A stretch of DNA of 64,000 nt from a virus, in the IMG/VR virus record IMGVR_UViG_3300027971_000044, positions 17,487-81,486 of that record; one strand, 5' to 3'. Below the pieces are notes generated by a model. That model did no database searches. It had not been told where the DNA came from and was given only the letters and a program-made list of their open reading frames with translations. Position 1 is the stretch's first letter. Each line of letters starts with the position of its first letter. This document shows positions 10,540 through 19,405 of the stretch, in pieces. The position numbers were made by a program, and so were the translations under genes.

Positions 10540-11156
10540 TGGCTAAATTAATAAGAGTATGGGATGGAAGTGCTTGGCAAGAAGTCGGCACCGCTATTCC
10601 TAATGGCCTTACAACAGATGGAACCCAAACATTAACTAATAAAACAATTAATCTTGCCAGTAATACTTTTACTGGAACTACCGCCCAATTTAATACGGCA
10701 TTATCTGATGCCGACTTTACAACTTTGGCGGGAACCCAAACATTAACTAATAAAACTATATCTGGTGCATCTAATACTTTAACTAATATTGGAAATGCCT
10801 CCCTAACTAATTCAGCAATTACCGTTAATGGGTCCGCCGTTTCTTTGGGCGGAAGCGTAACAATAGTTACAGGTCCAGCATCATCTGCGGTATCATCTAA
10901 TATAACAATGGCGGCTAACAATAATTACTTTGTAAATACTTCAGCGGCAAGAACACTTACTCTTCCTGCCAGCCCTACCCTAGGAGACACTATTGCAATA
11001 TATGATGCATCAGGGACGGCGGCAACAAACAATATTACAATAGCAAGAAACGGCAGCAATATTAATGGAGTAGCAGATAATGCTATAATAGATGTAAATC
11101 AATCAAGTTCAGTATTTATATATACAGGCGCAACAGTTGGGTGGAGGTTCGATTAA
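10539..11156 (+). CDS. fibre adaptor protein with TQTLTNKT repeats
   Basis: Same C-terminal domain as 3089 and 5391, different N-terminus. Confidence 0.8.
   Translation: MAKLIRVWDGSAWQEVGTAIPNGLTTDGTQTLTNKTINLASNTFTGTTAQFNTALSDADFTTLAGTQTLTNKTISGASNTLTNIGNASLTNSAITVNGSAVSLGGSVTIVTGPASSAVSSNITMAANNNYFVNTSAARTLTLPASPTLGDTIAIYDASGTAATNNITIARNGSNINGVADNAIIDVNQSSSVFIYTGATVGWRFD
10620..10756 (+). repeat. 26-bp exact direct repeat
   Basis: GGAACCCAAACATTAACTAATAAAAC at 10620-10645 and 10731-10756 (GTQTLTNKT). Confidence 0.9.
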
Positions 11157-12673
11157 TGGCAATTAGAAAATCAGGTATATCAGGTATTCCTTTTGGAAAT
11201 ACAGCAGCACGTCCTGCTAGTCCATCATTGGGTCAGCCATATTTTAACGGCGAAGTTGGAAGACTTGAGCTATACTCATCAAACGGTTGGCAGAACATTG
11301 TTCAGGAAACTCCTGGTATATCTAGCGCATCTGGAACATATAATCAATCTACAGGTTCTGGAACATTTACAATTTCAGGAACTAACTTTGTTGATGGAGG
11401 AATTGCATATGCAGTTGGAACAAACGCAACTGAGTATCAAGCAACTACAACAACATATAATTCAATTGTTCAAATGACTGCTTTATTTACTGGTCTGTCA
11501 CCAGATTACGAGCCATATGATATTAAGGTTACAAATCCTTCAAATTTATTTGGATTATTACCAGACGCATTTTATATAAATGATTCACCAGTATGGAGCA
11601 CATCCTCTGGTTCATTAGGAACCTATACTGGATCTAGTATTCAATTGGCAGCAACTGATGATGAATCAAATACAATTACGTATTCTGTAACATCAGGGTC
11701 TTTGCCCGCAGGAGTATCTTTATCATCTAGTGGTTTAATCTCAGGAACAGCAACATCTGCAGGAACATTTACATTTACAGTATCAGCTTCTGATGGAAGC
11801 AATACAGCAGTAACAAGATCTTTCAGTATTATTGTTTATCCAACAATTTCTGGAGGCTCTTTAACTTCTGATTCAACCTATTATTATAGAGCCTTTACTG
11901 GAACTAGTAATTTAGTAGCTTCTTTGGGAACATTAAATGCAGATGTTCTTGTAGTTGGCGGAGGCGGAGGCGGAGGAAGTTGTATCGGAGGAGGAGGCGG
12001 AGCGGGAGGATATAAAAATCAACAACTTGCAATAACAGCTGGAACGCACACTGTCACAATAGGAGGCGGAGGAACTGGAGTTGCAGGAAGAACCAGCCAA
12101 TCTACCAATGGCCTACCAAGTAGTATAGGATCTTTAATTTCTAGTCTTGGTGGTGGAGGCGGAGGAAGTTATCAGACTTATGCTTTAAATGGCGGTTCAG
12201 GAGGCGGAGGAGCATCGTACGGCCTTGGGTCAGCTTATTCTGCCAAGGGTCTTGGTACAAGCGGTCAAGGTAACGACGGTGGTGACGGTAACAATAATGT
12301 TAGCGATATGTCTGTTGGTGCAGGCGGCGGAGGAGCAGGAAGTGTAGGTCAAATTGGATCTTTAAATAAAGGTTCTTCAGGCGGAGGCGCTGGGCAAGGA
12401 GTTCAAAGTTCAATCTCAGGATCTGCTATAACTTATGCAGGCGGAGGAAACGGCGGAGGACATAACGGTGGTTCAGGTCCAGGTCTTGGCGGACAAGGTG
12501 GACCAACAACTGCAGGTTGGAAAAATACTGGTGTTGAAACTGGAAGCAACGGTGTTGTTAATACTGGTTCAGGAGGCGGAGGCGGATCTTATAATGGTGG
12601 TGACCCCCGTGGAGGTGACGGAGGATCAGGAATAGTAATCGTCCGTTACACAAAAGCATCTGTAGGCGGTTAG
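11156..12673 (+). CDS. Gly-rich fibre-like protein with Ig-like domains
   Basis: TAATG start; Ig-like GSLPAGVSLSSSGLISGT motif instead of FN3; Gly-rich C-terminal domain. Confidence 0.85.
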   Translation: MAIRKSGISGIPFGNTAARPASPSLGQPYFNGEVGRLELYSSNGWQNIVQETPGISSASGTYNQSTGSGTFTISGTNFVDGGIAYAVGTNATEYQATTTTYNSIVQMTALFTGLSPDYEPYDIKVTNPSNLFGLLPDAFYINDSPVWSTSSGSLGTYTGSSIQLAATDDESNTITYSVTSGSLPAGVSLSSSGLISGTATSAGTFTFTVSASDGSNTAVTRSFSIIVYPTISGGSLTSDSTYYYRAFTGTSNLVASLGTLNADVLVVGGGGGGGSCIGGGGGAGGYKNQQLAITAGTHTVTIGGGGTGVAGRTSQSTNGLPSSIGSLISSLGGGGGGSYQTYALNGGSGGGGASYGLGSAYSAKGLGTSGQGNDGGDGNNNVSDMSVGAGGGGAGSVGQIGSLNKGSSGGGAGQGVQSSISGSAITYAGGGNGGGHNGGSGPGLGGQGGPTTAGWKNTGVETGSNGVVNTGSGGGGGSYNGGDPRGGDGGSGIVIVRYTKASVGG

Positions 12674-12676
12674 CCT

Positions 12677-14449
12677 ATGTCATATCAACTTAAAGTAATT
12701 AAAGACTATCCTATCGGCTTCTGGCCATTGGATGAGTCTTCTGGCACCACCGCCCTAGATATTTCTGGATGTGGCAATACAGGTACATACACTGGCGGAA
12801 TTACAACAGGATTAATTCCACTTGTTTCAGGCGGAGCAAATGGATCCCTTATAACTAATACTAAATACATAACATTACCCGTAACTAAAGATTATTATGG
12901 ATCTACCGCCGATGGCGGATTTGCAGATACAAACTCATCAGATAATGCATTCTCATTAGAGGTGTGGTTCTATCCTAAAATTACAACAACTGGCCTAACA
13001 ACTATATTTGCAGACTCTACAAAAAATGTTGGAATCTTCTATGAAAAGGGAAACATAGTATTTAAACTTGAGGCGGAAAGACTTGATTATACTTTACCTA
13101 ATATCAGCCAATCTCATCATATTGTAGCTACATACTCTGTTACAGAAATGTCATTATATGTAGATGGCAAATTTGCTGTAAGCAAACCTTTAACTAATTA
13201 TAACTTTACCAATGCCACAATTACATTAAAATTGGGGCCAACCCCAAATGCATCTGATTCTTTTATTGTAGATGCTCCAGCAGTATATAGATATGCTTTG
13301 GGATTAGATAGAATTGTAGAACATTTTGAATACTCTGGTACCACTTCTCCCCTTCAAATTTCATATCCAGATGGTGGAACATTATTTGAAATATATGATG
13401 ATAGCGTAAGCAAGCAATTTAATTTTGCATATCCCGCCAACCGCCCATTAGAATATTTTGCTACAGAGTATTTATCCTATAACACAGAAGAGAAATGTTT
13501 AGAGATTAAGAAAACGGCCTCTGCAGCCTCTAGGAGCGTAGTTGTGACAGACGCCATAGCAATTCCTGCAGGATTCGATCTGGACTCCTCTAAGATAGAG
13601 TGGAACGGCGATAACGGGGTCTCTGTAAGAACTTCTATAGATGGAACAACATGGCAAGCATGTGCTAATGGGAAAGCCATTCCTCAATTTAGATTAGGAG
13701 CATTTAGTTCTGAAAGAACCCTTTATCTTGAGATAACATTTACCTCATCAGATACAACTAAATTCCTTCCACGACTTTATAGCCTTCTAGTGTGCTTTTA
13801 TAAAGATCAGGTTTTATATTCCCCTAGCAACCCAGACTACATTTATACAATAGAGGCGACATCTGGATTTGCTTCAAAAGATATGACTCTAGGAAGAATT
13901 AGATACCCTATTTTGTCCCGCCAAAAGCTAAATGGGCTGACAACAGCAGAAGGGGCGGGATTCAAAATTAACACCGCAGAATCAATTAGAACAATAGAGT
14001 TCTTCTTAACCCTATCAGATTTATCAACAAATTCTATTTTGTTAAGCGGAGCAAATGGAAACTTTGTATCCGCAAGATATTCATGGATAACAAATGGAAC
14101 TCTTACTAAATCTAATATATCTGCTATTTATGTAAATGGAGTAAACCAGACATCCCAAACAAATGTAGCCTCAGTATTTACAGCAAATGAGCTTTACCAT
14201 GTGGTAATAGTAACAAGTGGGCCAATTACAGGAGCAATCCTATTTAATCACACAGCAACAGGGGGTCCTTCTAGCCTTTATCAGTATATCTCTTATTACC
14301 CGTCCGCCTTTAATTCAACCCTTGCCTTGTCTCACTATAATATGCACATAGGTAGATCAGCCACAATTGCAGACGATTCGTCCATAACTTTGACAGAAAA
14401 CTCTGTAGACTTCTACGACAATGACTGGATTGTGTTGCAGAGTATATAA
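12677..14449 (+). CDS. LamG/concanavalin-like domain virion protein
   Basis: PIGFWPLDESSGTTALD, FSLEVWF and HHIVATY...LYVDG motifs. Confidence 0.75.
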   Translation: MSYQLKVIKDYPIGFWPLDESSGTTALDISGCGNTGTYTGGITTGLIPLVSGGANGSLITNTKYITLPVTKDYYGSTADGGFADTNSSDNAFSLEVWFYPKITTTGLTTIFADSTKNVGIFYEKGNIVFKLEAERLDYTLPNISQSHHIVATYSVTEMSLYVDGKFAVSKPLTNYNFTNATITLKLGPTPNASDSFIVDAPAVYRYALGLDRIVEHFEYSGTTSPLQISYPDGGTLFEIYDDSVSKQFNFAYPANRPLEYFATEYLSYNTEEKCLEIKKTASAASRSVVVTDAIAIPAGFDLDSSKIEWNGDNGVSVRTSIDGTTWQACANGKAIPQFRLGAFSSERTLYLEITFTSSDTTKFLPRLYSLLVCFYKDQVLYSPSNPDYIYTIEATSGFASKDMTLGRIRYPILSRQKLNGLTTAEGAGFKINTAESIRTIEFFLTLSDLSTNSILLSGANGNFVSARYSWITNGTLTKSNISAIYVNGVNQTSQTNVASVFTANELYHVVIVTSGPITGAILFNHTATGGPSSLYQYISYYPSAFNSTLALSHYNMHIGRSATIADDSSITLTENSVDFYDNDWIVLQSI

Positions 14450-14475
14450 ATTTGTCCAACTTTGTGACAAAAAGC

Positions 14476-14504
14476 TGGACTTGTGTATGAAATAATGGTA
14501 AAAT
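14476..14504 (+). promoter_or_regulatory. promoter, probably leaderless
   Basis: TGGACT-N17-TAAAAT with TG extension, 8 nt before ATG 14513; no SD. Confidence 0.6.
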
Positions 14505-14512
14505 AAATTACT

Positions 14513-14854
14513 ATGGATATTAATCGCATAAATACCAAAGTCCTTGAAGAAGAATCTACTCTTGGGATATATGTTTGGGAAATGCCAGACGGCAGATGGA
14601 TAGGAGATGACGATGGGAACTTTCTTTCAGTCACGTCCAAAAAAGGAAATAGATCCAGAATCGATGCTTTGGCTAGAGAAGTTCGCTCATTCGGTATTTA
14701 TGAAGGCGGGCCTAAATTTCTTTCTGCAAGAAGAAAAATTGACGATGAAGAATTCCAACACCAAAAGCAAAGACTTGACTGGGGACTAGTCCCAGACCCA
14801 CTAGATATTGGAAGCTATAAAGACGATATGAAAAAGTTAAGGGGTATAAGATGA
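14513..14854 (+). CDS. hypothetical protein upstream of portal
   Basis: 113-aa ORF overlapping the portal start (ATGA). Confidence 0.75.
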   Translation: MDINRINTKVLEEESTLGIYVWEMPDGRWIGDDDGNFLSVTSKKGNRSRIDALAREVRSFGIYEGGPKFLSARRKIDDEEFQHQKQRLDWGLVPDPLDIGSYKDDMKKLRGIR

Positions 14855-16434
14855 GCGTAGAGTTTATTGACGATGAAAGTTCTGAAAACATAATTGATAT
14901 TTCAAACACAGCAGACTGGTTCTCCTTAAAAAAGGATCAAGTAAGCAATGACCCATTTGCTGCTGGGATAGATGAATTAAAAAAAGTTAGAGGATTAGGT
15001 TCCTCATTTAAGCGTAAGGTAAGCAGAGAGTTTTCTAAATCGCTTACTGGTGTAGAAGGAACGGGAACACAGCAAAACCTACTAGCACAAGCTATTACAG
15101 GATATGCTATGTTCGACTTAGTAGAGCCAACATATAACCTTGAATACCTATCGGTTGTATACGAAACATCAACATACAACTATGCAGCAATTAATGCAAA
15201 GGTTGCAAACATTGTTGGACTAGGCTATGACTTTGTAGAAACAAAGAAAACAAATGATGCACTAGATGCACTCACAGATGATAAGTCTCTTGAAAGAGCA
15301 CGTAGAAAAATAAGCAAGTTGCGACAAGATATTCACGCATGGCTAGACACTACAAATGATGAAGACACATTTACTCAAACTTTAATTAAAACCTATACAG
15401 ATTTAGAAGCAACAGGAAATGGCTATATTGAAATTGGTAGAACAACTGGCGGAAACATTGGATACATTGGGCATATACCAGCAAAAACAATGCGTGTACG
15501 TAGACTAAGAGATGGCTTTATTCAATTGCTATATGGCAAGGCTGTTTACTTCAATAACTTTGGAGACACAGAAACAGAGAACCCAATTGCTGGACAAGAA
15601 GATCGCCCTAATGAAATTATTCATTTAAAGAAATATACCCCTATGAATAACTACTACGGCATTCCAGACATTATTGCAGCACAGGTAGCACTTGCAGGAA
15701 ATGAACTATCTGGCAGATATAACCTAGACTACTTTGAAAATAAAGCGGTCCCAAGATATATTATTACAGTAAAGGGAGCAAAGCTTTCTCCAGAGTCAGA
15801 GAGAAAATTGCTTGAATTTTTCCAGGTCGGATTAAAGGGAAAGAATCATAGATCCCTATATATTCCACTTCCAGGAGATACCCCAGACTCAAAGACAGAA
15901 TTTAAGATGGAGCCAGTGGAGGCAAATCCACAGGAATCTTCATTTAATATTTATCGTAAATCAAATAGAGATGAAATCCTATTGGCCCACCGTGTCCCAA
16001 TTAATAAGATTGGAACTCCAGAAGGCGTAAATTTGGCAGTGGCAAGAGATGCGGATAAAACATTTAAAGAGCAGGTTTGCCGTCCAGCCCAAATGATTTT
16101 AGAGAAGAAAGTAAATAAAATATTTGAGGAAAAGACAGATGCCCTAGCACTTAAATTTAATGAATTAACTTTAACTGATGAAGATACTCAGTCTAAAATT
16201 GACGAAAGATATTTAAGAATGCAGGTAATTACCCCTAATGAAGTTAGAATTAGAAAGGGAATGATTCCTCTAGATGGCGGAGATCAGGTTATTGAACTTA
16301 AAGGTCCAGCAAAAGCCGAGCAGACAGCGGTGGCTGGAAATACTAGACAAAGATCTCAAGATCGCCAAGCAAATACCCCAGATATTTCTGGTGAGGGAAG
16401 AAATGCTAAAGGCGATGGCAGACAGGTTGACTAA
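14851..16434 (+). CDS. portal protein
   Basis: DLEATGNGYIE, NEIIHLK...YYGIP, YFENKAVP and ITPNEVR motifs typical of HK97-like portals; position in the head module. Confidence 0.9.
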   Translation: MSVEFIDDESSENIIDISNTADWFSLKKDQVSNDPFAAGIDELKKVRGLGSSFKRKVSREFSKSLTGVEGTGTQQNLLAQAITGYAMFDLVEPTYNLEYLSVVYETSTYNYAAINAKVANIVGLGYDFVETKKTNDALDALTDDKSLERARRKISKLRQDIHAWLDTTNDEDTFTQTLIKTYTDLEATGNGYIEIGRTTGGNIGYIGHIPAKTMRVRRLRDGFIQLLYGKAVYFNNFGDTETENPIAGQEDRPNEIIHLKKYTPMNNYYGIPDIIAAQVALAGNELSGRYNLDYFENKAVPRYIITVKGAKLSPESERKLLEFFQVGLKGKNHRSLYIPLPGDTPDSKTEFKMEPVEANPQESSFNIYRKSNRDEILLAHRVPINKIGTPEGVNLAVARDADKTFKEQVCRPAQMILEKKVNKIFEEKTDALALKFNELTLTDEDTQSKIDERYLRMQVITPNEVRIRKGMIPLDGGDQVIELKGPAKAEQTAVAGNTRQRSQDRQANTPDISGEGRNAKGDGRQVD

Positions 16435-16451
16435 CCCCACTCAACTGTTAT

Positions 16452-16480
16452 TTGCCTTTTTATCTATAAGTCGCTAAAAT
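16452..16480 (+). promoter_or_regulatory. promoter, probably leaderless
   Basis: TTGCCT-N17-TAAAAT, 7 nt before ATG 16488. Confidence 0.65.
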
Positions 16481-16487
16481 TAAGCAT

Positions 16488-17822
16488 ATGAATATTGAAA
16501 AGTCTTTATGGACTAGCCATGGCAATGACATTAACTTGTCTGTTCCTTTCACTAAAGTTAACCGTGAAAATAGAACTGTCTCTGGTTTTGCAACACTCGA
16601 CAATGTAGACCAAACTGGTGACGTTGTAACTTCTGAAGCAAGCGTAAAGGCATTTGAAAGCTTTCGTGGGAACATCCGTGAAATGCATGGATCTCTTGCA
16701 GTTGGAAAGATGGTTTCTTTTAAGCCAGAAACTTTCTATGATCCAACAACCAAAGAGTTTTATAACGGAGTTTATGTAACAGCATACATTTCAAAAGGCG
16801 CACAAGATAGCTGGGAGAAAGTTCTAGATGGAACTCTTTCAGGATTCTCAATCGGCGGGAAGATTAAAGAGTCAGATAACGAAGTTAATAAAGCTACAGG
16901 TAAAACTGTAAGATTTATTAAAGACTACGAATTGATGGAGCTATCAATTGTAGATTCTCCAGCAAATGAGCTATGTAACATTCTTTCTATTCAGAAAGTA
17001 AATGGACAATACATTGCAAAGGGTATAGCAGTAGATGTTGTAACCGAAAATATTTTTTACTGTGAAGACAGTAATTCTGTTTTTATCTCAACAGATAAGA
17101 CATATGACTCACCAGTATCTGGTAAGCCAGCACAACTAATTGGTTGGGTTGAGAGTTCAGATGTTAATAAAGCAAAAGAGATTGATAAGATTCTTGATGC
17201 ATATAAGCATTCAAGATTTACGTTGCCTGATACACAAAAAATTGCAAAACAGGCAAACGCAGAAGGAGGTAATGAAATGTCAGAAAACACAGAAAACGTA
17301 GTTACTGAAGATGTTGCAGTCGATGCAGCAGTTGAAGTAGCCGTTGAAGAGACAGCAGTTGTTGCAGAAGATGCAGCTCCAGCTGAGGCTCCTGCAGAAG
17401 CAGTAGCAGAAGACGTTCCTGCCGAGACTCTGGAAAAAGCAGCCGAAGTATCAGAAGATAAGGTTGATGAACCTGATTTTGCAAAGATGTTAGGCGATCT
17501 AAAAGGCTTTTTCTCAGAAACTCTAAATAAGGCATCTGAAGCAAATGCAGCACAAGTTACAACAATCCAAGAGACTGTTGAAGCTTTCAGCAAGAGCGTA
17601 GATGCTAGAATTTCAGAGTTGGCAGAACAACACACAGTACTTTCAAGTGCTGTAAATGATATCAAGAGCACGATTGATGGTGTACAAAAGCGTGTCGACG
17701 CAGTAGAATCAGAGACTGCAATTAAGAAGTCTTCAGATCTTGGCCGATCAGAAGAAGTAACAATCAAAAAATCCAAATGGAACGGTTCTTTCCTCGGTTC
17801 CGTGAACGAAATATTTAACTAA
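16488..17822 (+). CDS. prohead protease fused to scaffold domain
   Basis: VSGFA..DNVDQTGD, REMH, GFSIGG and ELSIVDSPAN (HK97-type protease), followed by an acidic Ala/Glu-rich coiled-coil C-terminus. Confidence 0.88.
   Translation: MNIEKSLWTSHGNDINLSVPFTKVNRENRTVSGFATLDNVDQTGDVVTSEASVKAFESFRGNIREMHGSLAVGKMVSFKPETFYDPTTKEFYNGVYVTAYISKGAQDSWEKVLDGTLSGFSIGGKIKESDNEVNKATGKTVRFIKDYELMELSIVDSPANELCNILSIQKVNGQYIAKGIAVDVVTENIFYCEDSNSVFISTDKTYDSPVSGKPAQLIGWVESSDVNKAKEIDKILDAYKHSRFTLPDTQKIAKQANAEGGNEMSENTENVVTEDVAVDAAVEVAVEETAVVAEDAAPAEAPAEAVAEDVPAETLEKAAEVSEDKVDEPDFAKMLGDLKGFFSETLNKASEANAAQVTTIQETVEAFSKSVDARISELAEQHTVLSSAVNDIKSTIDGVQKRVDAVESETAIKKSSDLGRSEEVTIKKSKWNGSFLGSVNEIFN
17277..17822 (+). CDS. 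nested in-frame scaffolding protein
   Basis: AGAAGGAGGT SD at 17261-17270, 6 nt before in-frame ATG 17277 (MSENTENV). Confidence 0.7.
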   Translation: MSENTENVVTEDVAVDAAVEVAVEETAVVAEDAAPAEAPAEAVAEDVPAETLEKAAEVSEDKVDEPDFAKMLGDLKGFFSETLNKASEANAAQVTTIQETVEAFSKSVDARISELAEQHTVLSSAVNDIKSTIDGVQKRVDAVESETAIKKSSDLGRSEEVTIKKSKWNGSFLGSVNEIFN

Positions 17823-17836
17823 GGTAGGTATAAATA

Positions 17837-18886
17837 ATGAGCAATGAAACATTAGAAAAAGCAATTGCAACTGGCACAACAGCCCGTGGTACATTTGCTT
17901 CAACAACTGGTGGTTCTGGAGTACACACAGCTAGCGAGTCTGGCAATGGTGGTCTTCTTAACCCTGAACAGTCTGCCCGCTTCCTTGACTATATGTTCGA
18001 CGCAACCGTAATCGGTAAAGTTGCACGTACAGTTCGTATGAAGTCAGACACAGCCGAGATTGACCGTATGTCCGTTGGTGAGAAGCTTATGAAGCTTGCA
18101 ACTGAAGGAGATAACGATGCTGCTAATAGTGCAGTAACTTTCTCAAAGATTTCTCTAACAACAAAGAAACTCCGCATGGACTGGGAGCTTTCAACTGAGT
18201 CTCTAGAAGACAACATCGAAGGTGCAGATCTAGAAGATCATATTGCACGTTTGATGGCAACACAGGCAGGAAATGACATCGAAGATGTTATTCTTAACGG
18301 TGACACATCTCTAACAGGAGACGCTCTTTACAAGTCATTTGATGGCGTTGTAAAGAAGGCAAAGGCATCAGGTCGCGTCGTAGACGCAGCAGGTGCTGAA
18401 GTTTCTCGTGAAGTATTCAACAAGGCACTTAAGGCTATGCCACGTAAGTACAAGCAACGTCGTGCAGACCTTCGCTTCCTTGCTGGATCAAACTTGATTC
18501 AGGACTTCCTATACAAGAACAGTATTGGAACAAACCAGACAATTCCACAGGACATCGCTTCAAGCGTAATCCGTGGCGGAGTCGCACCACTAGGTGGACC
18601 TGCAGGATACGTAGCACCATTCGCGTTCGGTATTCCGATCATCGAAGTTCCGCTACTTGCAGAAGCACAGACTGGTACACACTCAGGAGCTTCAGGTTCA
18701 CACGGAGATATCCACTTGTCATTCCCAAATAACGTAGTTATTGGTGTCAAGCGTGATGTAACTGTTTACCGTTTCTTCTGGCCACGTAAGGACTCAATCG
18801 AGTACACAATGTACACTCGTGTTGGCGTCCAGATCGAACAAGCAGATGCTTGGGTTGTCGTAAAGAACGTTAAGGTTGCTTCTTAA
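17837..18886 (+). CDS. major capsid protein
   Basis: Follows protease/scaffold; GGLLNPEQ..RF and ELSTESLEDNIEG motifs; strongly biased codons; followed by a terminator. Confidence 0.9.
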   Translation: MSNETLEKAIATGTTARGTFASTTGGSGVHTASESGNGGLLNPEQSARFLDYMFDATVIGKVARTVRMKSDTAEIDRMSVGEKLMKLATEGDNDAANSAVTFSKISLTTKKLRMDWELSTESLEDNIEGADLEDHIARLMATQAGNDIEDVILNGDTSLTGDALYKSFDGVVKKAKASGRVVDAAGAEVSREVFNKALKAMPRKYKQRRADLRFLAGSNLIQDFLYKNSIGTNQTIPQDIASSVIRGGVAPLGGPAGYVAPFAFGIPIIEVPLLAEAQTGTHSGASGSHGDIHLSFPNNVVIGVKRDVTVYRFFWPRKDSIEYTMYTRVGVQIEQADAWVVVKNVKVAS

Positions 18887-18907
18887 TTAATTAAGAAATA
18901 GCCCCAG

Positions 18908-18937
18908 AAAGGCCCCCAATTAATTTTGGGGGCTTTT
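18908..18937 (+). terminator. intrinsic terminator
   Basis: GCCCCCAA-TTAATT-TTGGGGGC followed by TTTT. Confidence 0.85.
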
Positions 18938-18950
18938 CATTTTAATTTAA

Positions 18951-18963
18951 CAATGCTATAATT
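18951..18963 (+). promoter_or_regulatory. extended -10 promoter element
   Basis: CAATGCTATAATT directly after the terminator; AAGGAG RBS downstream. Confidence 0.6.
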
Positions 18964-18987
18964 GAAGAACCTAACAAAGGAGAATAT

Positions 18988-19395
18988 ATGTCATTTGAGA
19001 CATTGAAAGTAGCAGAACTCAGAAAAGTTGCAGAGGACTTTGCAGTTGACACTGATGGACTAAAGAATAAGGCCGATATTGTTGCCGCTCTTACCGAAGA
19101 GGGAGTAACTTGGTCTGTTTACCAAAAGACTATTAAGGATATTGAAAAAGCGGCAGACGAATTCAGCGAAGATGCAGAAGAGATTCTTCCAAGATTTAAT
19201 CCTGATGCTCAGCCAGAAAATACATTGCTAGTCAGAATGACTAGAGAGAATTATAGATATGATATTCTTAACTATACATTTACAAAAGAGCATCCTTTTG
19301 TCGCAATGACATCAGAAGACGCTCAAGAAATTTTTGACAAGGAGGAGGGTTTCCGCTTAGCAACTCCAAAGGAAGTTCAGGAGTACTACGCTTAA
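18988..19395 (+). CDS. protein with N-terminal Rho-N/HeH-like motif
   Basis: LKVAELRKVA...GLKNKADIVAAL. Confidence 0.65.
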   Translation: MSFETLKVAELRKVAEDFAVDTDGLKNKADIVAALTEEGVTWSVYQKTIKDIEKAADEFSEDAEEILPRFNPDAQPENTLLVRMTRENYRYDILNYTFTKEHPFVAMTSEDAQEIFDKEEGFRLATPKEVQEYYA

Positions 19396-19405
19396 CCTTT
19401 ATTAA

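Noticed and set aside
3547-11155. Upstream starts given by the ORF track (3547, 6359, 11141; likewise 30698, 32971, 35412, 62675)
   Set aside because: TAATG-overlapping or SD-preceded ATGs a few codons downstream fit better.
1-12673. Diversity-generating retroelement or invertase shufflon behind the fibre variation
   Set aside because: No reverse transcriptase or site-specific recombinase in the window, all cassettes have the same orientation, and repeat differences are mostly synonymous rather than adenine-specific.
1-12673. Collagen-like or PE-PGRS proteins
   Set aside because: No sustained Gly-X-Y periodicity and no PE domain; Gly runs are bounded by phage fibre motifs.
17057-17776. 239-aa minus-strand ORF
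   Set aside because: Antisense to the low-complexity scaffold region, with no RBS or recognisable motifs.
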